DNA from: Octopus sinensis
Taxonomy: Eukaryota
NCBI RefSeq assembly: GCF_006345805.1
Contig: NC_043005.1
Span: 58,962,001 to 59,026,000 of the forward strand
DNA length: 64,000 bases
Direction: 5' to 3'
A program made the translations under genes and the position numbers. Below are positions 55,166 to 64,000 of the stretch, in pieces. The notes under the pieces are model-generated. The model worked only from the letters and a program-made list of their open reading frames with translations. It was not told the DNA's origin and ran no database searches. Numbering within the stretch: position 1 is the first letter of the stretch; every line of letters starts with the position of its first letter.

Positions 55166-55531
55166 TATTGATCTAATTGCATAAGAGTTTAACCACTGAA
55201 AGTGTATGACAATGGTTAAAGTGTTGAACTTGTTACTGTGCAGTCATATGTTTGATTTCTGTCCTGGATAGCATTTATCCAGGAAATGAAGATAGAAAAC
55301 CAGCAGAGTGATGGTGCAGCCCTTTCTCCTTCTAGCTATCGCATTACAGATATTCCCCTTAGAGGGCTGACAATCTCTGTACAAAACAATTAACAAATAT
55401 ATACTACATGTTACTAGGTCATATTTGCTTGCACATGACATTAATGATTTTTATATTTAACATAATTATAGAAAATTTACAACAAATTAATACTTCACAT
55501 TTAGCTTTATTAATATTAACAATATTTTTAT

Positions 55532-56025
55532 AAGGCTGTGAGCTGGCAGAATTATTAGCACGCCGAGCAAAATGCTTAGTGGTATTTCGTCTGCTGTTAC
55601 GTTCTGAGTTCAAATTCCGCTGAGGTCGACTTTGCCTTTCATGCTTTCGGGATCAGCATGTAGTCTGTCTTTACATTCTGAGTTCAAATTCTGCTGAGGT
55701 CGACTTTACCTATCATTCTTTTTCAGGGTTGATAAAATAAGCACCAGTAGAACACTGGTGTCAATGTAATTGACTTACCCTGCCCCCAAAATTGCTGGCC
55801 TTGTGCCAATAATTTAAAACCAATATCAATAATATTTTCTAAAGCAGTTTACTGGCAGAATGCTTGGAGTTCTTCTAATTTTATGTTCTGAATTCAAATG
55901 CTGCCAGGGCTGACTTTGCTTTCCATCCTTTCAGGGTCGCTGAAACAAGTACCAGATGAATATTGGGGTCAATGTAATTGATTTACTCCTCCCACTCAAA
56001 ATTGTCAAAATTTGAAACCAATATT
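55532..56025 (+). mobile_element. SINE-B cluster with reiterated B-box/Nin segments
   Basis: ttctgagttcaaatt..gaggtcgacttt occurs three times (~55600, 55675, 55885). Confidence 0.75.
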
Positions 56026-56059
56026 AACGATATTTATTTTATTCTTTTTGCATTTTCAG

Positions 56060-56212
56060 TGTAACAGAATTGTATTTTCTCCAACGGTTGTGGGCAAGAA
56101 GACCTTTCTGCTAAATCTGTTCATATGGCCTGCAGAATGCCCCAGAACCAAAGACATTACTATCTGTTATGAAATAAAAGTTGTTGGCTATGGAACAATT
56201 GGTGAACTAGCA
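56060..56212 (+). CDS. CFAP65: CFAP65 coding exon (phase 0-0): CNRIVFSPTVVGKKTFLLNLFIWPAECPRTKDITICYEIKVVGYGTIGELA
   Basis: ttttcAG at 56059 and GTAAGT at 56213; 153 nt = 51 codons. Matches human TLTWTFSPLEETKYLFQVGMWVWEA..HYMLRLVGVGLTSSLS and is collinear with the previous two exons. Confidence 0.88.
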
Positions 56213-56394
56213 GTAAGTTTTTAAACTGACAGAAACGTCAGTGTCCTCCTTTTCATTATCTTAATTTGTTTCAGCTTCACAGGATAAATTGAACATGGAA
56301 TGAATTGGACGATAAAGGAGCCACCTACAAGGTTGCTCAACCAACTTTCTCTTCTTTTATCTTTTACTTGTTATCATCATTAAACATAAAGACA

Positions 56395-56930
56395 CACTCA
56401 CACATACATCACATACGTAGATTATGTGTACAACATGCTTCCTTCAGCTTCCATCTATCAAATCAGCTCTTAAAGCTGTGGTCAGCCTGAGGCTATAGTA
56501 GAAGACACTTGCTTAAGGTATCAGAGAGGGAGTGAACCTGGAACCATGTGGCCATGCTGGAACACTACCTTGAAGAATTTTTAATCAAATGAATCAATCC
56601 CATTAGTTATTTTCTTAAGTTAAGCCTGGTACTTATTCTATTTATCTCTGTTGCTCAACAACGAATTTAAGAGGATGAAAACACATCAACACCGGTTGTC
56701 AAGCTGTAGTGAGGGACATACACAGACATGAACACACAAACACATATATCACATACATAGATTATGTGTACAACAGGCTTCTTCTAGCTTCCATCTATCA
56801 AATCAGCTCTTAAAGCTGTGGTCAGCCCGAGGCTATTGTAGAAGACGCTTGCTCAAGGTGTCAGAGAGGGAGTGAACCTGCAACCATGTGGTTAGGAAGC
56901 AAGCTTCTTACCACATAGCCATACCTGTTC
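56395..56930 (-). mobile_element. SINE-A with local internal duplication
   Basis: 56395-56550 and 56740-56890 share private variants (atcaaatcagctcttaaagctgtgg, cagagagggagtgaacc). Confidence 0.8.
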
Positions 56931-57194
56931 CAATTTATCTAAAACTTTTTCATATCACATACTTTACTATTATGAAAAAAAAAACAGGACCCATCAGATA
57001 ATGCAATTCTAGAAAATTACATAGGATTGTCACAGCTGGAATGGCTTTGATCCCTTCTGCATGACCAGGGTTAACATTTACCTAAAAAGCAATAATACCA
57101 TGGGATGGGTTGCTAGATATTACTCACCATCTGAAGCCCATGTTTGGAAGCAAAGTCTGCATTAAAAAGACTGCACACACTGAAATTAAGCTCA

Positions 57195-57497
57195 GTGGAG
57201 GCACATGGCCTAGTGGTTAGAGCAGTGGACTTGCAGTCGAGGGATCACGAGTTCGAATCTCAGACCGGGCGATGTGTATGTTTATGAGCGAAACACCTAA
57301 GCTCCACATGGCTCTGGCAGACGGTAATGGCAAACTTTTGCTGACTCTTTCGCCACAACTTTCTCTCACTCTTTCCTCCTACATCTAGCAGCTCACCTAC
57401 GACGGACCGGCGTCCCATCCAGGTGGGGAACCTATACGTCAAGGAAACTGGAAACTGGCCCTTATGAGCCAGGCATGGCTCGAGAAGGAACAAACAA
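57195..57497 (+). mobile_element. tRNA-derived SINE family E
   Basis: tggcctagtggttagagcag (A box), gagttcgaatctc (B box), cggcgtcccatccaggtgggg..ggctcgagaaggaacaaacaa tail. Confidence 0.85.
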
Positions 57498-57769
57498 AAT
57501 AATTAAGCTCAGGACTGTAGTGATTTCTATTTGTCACTTTGAGGTTCAATACTAGAAATTGCAAGTTAATGGTACAATAGTAAATCATACAGTACATTCT
57601 AAGAACACATTTGCTACACAGTAGTGCTCCAGCATGACCACAGCCAAATGGCCAAATAAAAGAATGCAGAACATATACAGGCATATAAACGCATACATAT
57701 GTTCAGTATGTTGGAAATATGTTTTTAGCTCTGCTGAGTGACATACCTGACCACCAGTACCACTTCTTT

Positions 57770-58400
57770 TCACCATACTGACCATAACTTACCCCTGCCG
57801 CTCAAGAATTTGGACCTGGAAATCTCCATTTCCAGCAACTTTGAGGGCCACCTCCCAGTGGTGTCATGTGTCAACGAAGAGCCCTCGACTACAACAAGGC
57901 AACCAAAGATTTTTTAATGGTCTGGGGTCTCCCGCCCCTAAGCCCTAGACCATCACCTAATCACGCTTACCCATCTTGTTGCTTAACAACAACAACAATA
58001 ACTTACCCCTTCCCTTCCACCCTCCGATTCACCTCTTCTACTTCTATATCCACCCATCAATTACTAGCCTCCCCTCCCTCTCTCTGCCATGTATTTCTTC
58101 TTGCTCTAACTCTCTACTCCTCCTCTCTAAGTCACTTACATCCTCTCTCTCCCTGTCTTTTACTCCTTTTCTTTCTCTTCTCCCCTTCAACCATTAAATC
58201 TCTTACACCACTATGTGAACTGCTTTTACCAATTCTTTTTCCTGATGAAGGAGGACAGTGATATGGTAATATCTCAATGCAACCATTTACTGGTTGCATA
58301 TCCATGACTTTTTGCACATTCCATCTGGTATTTGTGAACATTACAATTCTTACACAATCCTGACCTTCCAGAAACAGCTGTAATGTTATAAAATTATGTA
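57770..58400 (+). mobile_element. Probable Penelope-like 3' end with hammerhead-like core
   Basis: Degenerate ..QRRAL..FFNGLGSPAP (cf. PLE C-terminal LGSLAPxGLN), a C/T-rich UTR, CTGATGA at 58242 and GAAACAGCTGTA at 58371. Confidence 0.5.
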
Positions 58401-58595
58401 TTCTCCCCTTAAAATTCTGTTTTTTTAATGCTTTATGTAAAAAAATTTGTCTATATATAAATATCTGTATGCCTGTACATATGTGCATTTCCTCACCACA
58501 TGGTTCCATGGTTTCTTCAGTGTCTTCTGCCATTGCCTTGGGACAACCAGTCTTGTGAGTGGATTTGGTAGACAGAAACTGAAAGAACCCATTGT

Positions 58596-59006
<411 letters not shown>

Positions 59007-59008
59007 TA

Positions 59009-59043
<35 letters not shown>

Positions 59044-59424
59044 TTATGTATATATATATATATATATATGTATATAATATGATTGTGTGAGACAGAGAGA
59101 TAGAAAGAAAGAGAAAGAGAGAGAGAGAAAGTGAACATTAGTGTGTGTGCATGTCTCCTTGTTTTGTCATCATATGATGGTTATGAAATGATTGTCACTG
59201 TCATACTAGCAGTGTCATTCATTTTCAGTATTCTGTAAGAATATGTCTGGCCATGGGAAAGTATTAGCATACTTGGAAACACATAAGGATTAGTAACAGG
59301 AAGGGCACATGACCAGAAACATTCTACCTCAGTAAATGCTCTCTAACTCATGCAAGTGTAGAAATTGGATGTTAAAATGATGATAATGATGATGACAGTG
59401 ATGATGATAACGACTCATATATTA

Positions 59425-60352
59425 TCATAGTCAGCTTTATCATCATGATTTTGACACCAAGCTTTCCAAGCTTTCATTGGAAATTCATAGGAAATTCCTC
59501 AAGTATAATTTTTTTCAATGGCCACATGATTTTCCTGTTACCAACCTTCACCTGGTTCCAACAATGATGATGAAGGGCTGTCCCAAGGCCTTCATTTAGA
59601 AATGGTTCAGTGACTAAGAAATGTTTGTTCAGAAGATTTCACACAAACGACAGTTTGTGTATCACCAGTAATTTTGTTTAAAATTAAAATCACACACACA
59701 CAAACACAAACACTCATAAAAGTTGCTACTGTCACAAAAAAAAAAACCGGTACCAAATACTAAAAGTAAAATGCAAATATCTTATCACTCTTTTGCTAAA
59801 ATCACAATGAATTAATACAAAGATAATGCTATTGGATTTACTACCTATTTGTTACGAGGTGAATGAAGAATGTGAGATTTTAGGAACAAAATAATGGAAA
59901 TAATAATGCACAAACACATACAGAGGTATAAGCCATTGTCGAGGAAGTGAAAAGCCGAGCTTGTAAAATTTATACGACTTAAATTTCCTATAAATATTGT
60001 TCAGAGTTTTTTCTGAATGGCATTTCAGTAATGGGGTTTTAGCAAAAATAGGTGACAGCCTTATATTGTGAAAGGATAACAGAGGTTATTATTCCCCTTA
60101 TATGCTTTAGCACTAGATTATAGACTCCATTTAAGATTATTTGGTATTGAATAATACTTCGACAAGCAAATGTGTGAAGCCAAGGAAGTTTGCTTCTGTA
60201 ATGGTTCCTAAAGGAATGCGTGTGTGAATAAAACCTTGCTGTAAAAGTATGTATGAAGTTAAGTATGTCTTGTGAACATATGCATGTTTTTGTATATGCT
60301 TGTATTTATCTGTCTTTATTCATACACACACACAAACACACACACATAAACA

Positions 60353-60409
<57 letters not shown>

Positions 60410-61011
60410 CACACACACACACACACTCACAAGCAAACAAACACACATATATGTATATAAGTGTAGGCATGAATGTGAGGATGAGAAATTTACTCCCCAA
60501 CTGCATTGTTCTGAGTTCTGTCCCACTGCATGGCACCTTGGGCAAGTGCCTTCTACTATAGCCCCAGGCCAACCAAAGCCTGAAAGAAGCCTGTAATGTG
60601 TATGTGTGTTTGCATGTGTATATCCATGTCTCATGATATTGTATTTTGGTTGCAAAATTCTGTGAGGTGGCTGGATGGTCATCCTGCCACAGAAAATCTG
60701 TCTCAATAAACTCTGATGTATGCAAGCATGAACCATTCATATCGTCATCATTTTGACACCCACTTTTCTAAGCTAACATGGATCATAGGAAATTCATCAA
60801 AACAGATTTTTCAATGGCCACATGCTTTTCCTGTTACCAATCCTCACCTGATTCCAAACAAGATGATATTCTCCCACGCTCTTCATGTAGAAATGGTTCA
60901 ATGACAGAACAATGTTTGTACAGATGTCTGCAAACAAACAACAGTATTTGTATAACCAGTAATTTTGTTTAAAAATCAGTGCTTAATGTCAAGGCACAAA
61001 CACGCATGCAT

Positions 61012-61058
<47 letters not shown>

Positions 61059-61750
61059 ACACACACACACAAACTAATGTACAAACACATCAGCTGAATC
61101 AGGCACACAGAGATATAAACCATTGTTAAGGAAGTGAGAAGATGAGCTTGTAAAATCTATATGACTTACATTTCCTATAAATGTTGTTTGGAATCTTTTC
61201 TGAATGGGTTTTAGGAAAAACATGTGATAGCCCTGCATTGTGTGAGGATTACAAGGGTTATTATTCCCCTTATATACTTTAATATTAGATTATGTATTCC
61301 ATTTAAGATTATGTGATATTGAATAATACTTTAACAAGCAAATGTGTGAAGCCAAAGCAGTTTGCTTCTGTAATTGTTCCTAAAGGAATGTGTGTGTGAG
61401 TAAAATCTTGATGTGAAAGCATGTATGAAATTAGGTATGTATTGTGGTACGGATGTTTTTGTATATGTTCATATCTATCTGTCTGACTGTCTATTTGCCT
61501 GTCTGTCCACACACATTTTCTCTGTTTCTCTCTCACAAACTCTCTCTCTCTCTCTCTCACACACACACATGCACACACACAGAGGCATTGTATATAAGTA
61601 TAAGTATAGTTACCTTAAAAAGTTTGCCTCCTGACCAAATGCTTCAGAGTGCAGTTCTACTGCATAGGCCCTTGGGTAAGTGTCTACAATTATCCTCTGC
61701 TCACCAGATCCTAATGATGGTTATGGTAGACAAAAACTGAAAGAAGCCTC
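59425..61750. repeat. Old ~1.2-1.3-kb tandem duplication (units ~59425-60600 and ~60735-61750)
   Basis: Collinear blocks: ttttgacacc..caatggccacatg..ccagtaattttgtttaaaa (59450/60755) and ccattgt..gagcttgtaaaat..gtttgcttctgtaat.gttcctaaaggaatg (59930/61120); each unit ends in a SINE-A head. Confidence 0.85.
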
Positions 61751-61857
61751 TTGCATTTGTATGTATAAGATTTTGTCTGATTCAAGCAAGCATGGAAAAG
61801 CAGAAATATAATGATAAGGATAATCTACTTAAATATACATTCATACATACAAACACA

Positions 61858-61889
<32 letters not shown>

Positions 61890-61916
61890 TCTATATTGAC
61901 TTTCTTATCAATAATG

Positions 61917-61977
<61 letters not shown>

Positions 61978-62009
61978 GCATTTACCCAAATAAATTGCAC
62001 TTCATATTT

Positions 62010-63375
62010 GAGGGTCCGATGAAGCTATATGTCCAGTCAGCATTACTAGCCGCATCGCCAAACTGATGGAGTCCTGTGTCAGAGAAACACTTTGGAACTT
62101 TTGGACTTTTCACAGCCTTAGTCAACCCTCACAATTTGGATTTATCCCCAACTCCAGCTGCTGTGGCCAACACGAGTTTCTTGAGGACATCACCCGAGTT
62201 AATGATGTTGACTCATGGATGGAGGTTATCTACCTTGACTTTGCTAACACCTTCGATTTTGTGCCACACAAACGGCTCATGGAAAAACTCTTTGCAAAGA
62301 GTGTGAAAGATGAACTCTATAATTGGCTGAAGTCCTTCATTCTTGGTTGGAAAGAGGTAGTTACGGTTCCAGGACATCATTCTTCACCCTACGAGATGAC
62401 TTCTGGTGTACCAAAGCGATCCGTTCTTGGACCCCTACTGTTTGTTGCATATATTAATGACATAGATGCCAACTTGAAGAATGTTACGGTGTGGAAATAT
62501 GCAGATGATATTAAGCTGTACCTCAAAATAAAAAGAACTGATCCTAAAAGCTATAGAGCTTTCTTGCAATCAGACCTGAACACAATGCAGCAATGGATTT
62601 CTGACTGGCAACTAAAGCTAGCTGTGGACAAGTGCATCACCATGCATTTTGGGAGGAAAAATCCAGCCTTTACATACTCCCACAACAATACCAATGTCAA
62701 GAAATCTTCTAGTGAACGTGATCTGAGTATTATTGTAAACAGTGATCTGCACTGGACAAGCCACATATCTAAGATTGTCAAGAAAACTGAGGGTGTCCTA
62801 GCATCACTTGGTAGGACCTTTGTCAGCCACTCTCCAGCTATCTATTTAAAACTGTGTATCACAATGGTACATCCATATTAGAATTTGTATCACGAGTTTG
62901 GAACCTGTATCTTGCTCAGAATATAAATTTCTTGGAAAGGGTTCAGAAACATGCAGCAAAACAAATACCCGCCATCAGGCATCAACCATACTCTGAACGT
63001 CTTGCTTCTCTCAGCATGGATACATTGAAGCTCAGACATCTGGCTACTGACTTGGTAGACACCCATAAGATTATCCACCATCTTTCTAATAACAACCTTA
63101 GGCACCATTTTGAATTCCATATGTCAAACACTTGTGGACATGCTCACAAAATCAAAAAACAACACAGTGCCCATGAATTTCAGAAACAATTTTTCATGGT
63201 CAGAATTGTTGAAGCATGAAATAAACTACCTGCATCACTCGTTAGCTGTTGAGACAGTGCATCCTTCAAAACTTCTGTGCTTCCTGAAATCCGCCAACAG
63301 TACACCTGATGATTTTTCATTTTTTTGCTTTAGTTGTAGTTCACCTGAGCACTGTTTAGAACAATTTCTTTCATA
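62010..63375 (+). mobile_element. Older 5'-truncated CR1/L2-clade LINE, RT region
   Basis: IAKLMESCV..QFGFIPNSSC..IYLDFANTFD..GVPKRSVLGPLLF..KYADDIK; frameshift near 62878; same family as 43386-44628 in the opposite orientation. Confidence 0.92.
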
Positions 63376-63450
63376 TATTCAAGTACTCACCTATGTGTCC
63401 ACTGCATCTTATAGCAGAAACAGCTATCTAATTAAGTTCATGATATAATG

Positions 63451-63578
63451 ATTTAATTTGACAAAATATTTTTGTCGTTTTGAGACCATGGCATGTTCAA
63501 TGACAAAATTCTGTCTGGAATTTTGTCAGTGAACATGTCACAGTCTCAAAGCGACGAAAATATTTTGGCAAATTAAAT
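63451..63578. repeat. 128-bp hairpin (61-bp arms, ~6-nt loop), MITE-like
   Basis: atttaatttgacaaaatattttttgtcgttttgagac..gacaaaattc / gaattttgtc..gtctcaaagcgacgaaaatattttggcaaattaaat. Confidence 0.85.
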
Positions 63579-63737
63579 GTAAATGTTGAAGTGAATCTAA
63601 TGGTTTTTGTGTGTTTTTAAACAGCTTATAAACACCTTCCTTGATGCAACTGTTTTTCTTTCAGTACACGATCTCAGATCAGGTCACTTGCTATGCAAGT
63701 ACATCTCCGAAATACATACATACATATGCATACATAC

Positions 63738-63800
<63 letters not shown>

Positions 63801-64000
63801 GTATATACATGTACATACATACATATATATATATATTATATATATATATCTGAAGTACCTTTTGTCTTTTGGAATTCCTGAATATCTATTCTTTTAGCTT
63901 TTATCCACTGACAAGGCTTTGGTTGGCTTGGCACTATTAGTAGAAGATGCTTTCCCAAGGTGCCACACAGTGAGACTGAATTTGGAAAAATGTGTTTGGG

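Overview
AT-rich, microsatellite- and transposon-dense animal DNA. The SINE families and repeat style point to an octopus (coleoid cephalopod), which is an inference, not a database result. The only host coding sequence I can support is three small + strand exons of the ciliary gene CFAP65 (CCDC108): 16035-16174, 33477-33561 and 56060-56212. They splice in frame across introns of 17.3 and 22.5 kb, and the 378 coding nt are about 0.6% of the window. The rest is intronic TE debris: several tRNA-derived SINE families, an (ATG)n-tailed non-autonomous element with tandem 5' monomers, CR1/L2, RTE and Penelope retroelements, a full-length mariner, Tc1/maT relics, Helitrons, and piggyBac, hAT and mariner MITEs. 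Almost all long ORFs in the supplied track are microsatellite translations. I found no clear-cut new gene system. The best second-look candidates are two hammerhead-ribozyme-like relics (one a circularly permuted ~143-nt retrozyme-like monomer), a SINE-homology-guided templated insertion copied from 20 kb away, an unexplained 350-bp tandem triplication, two large hairpins, and inverted repeat pairs flanking a skippable exon.
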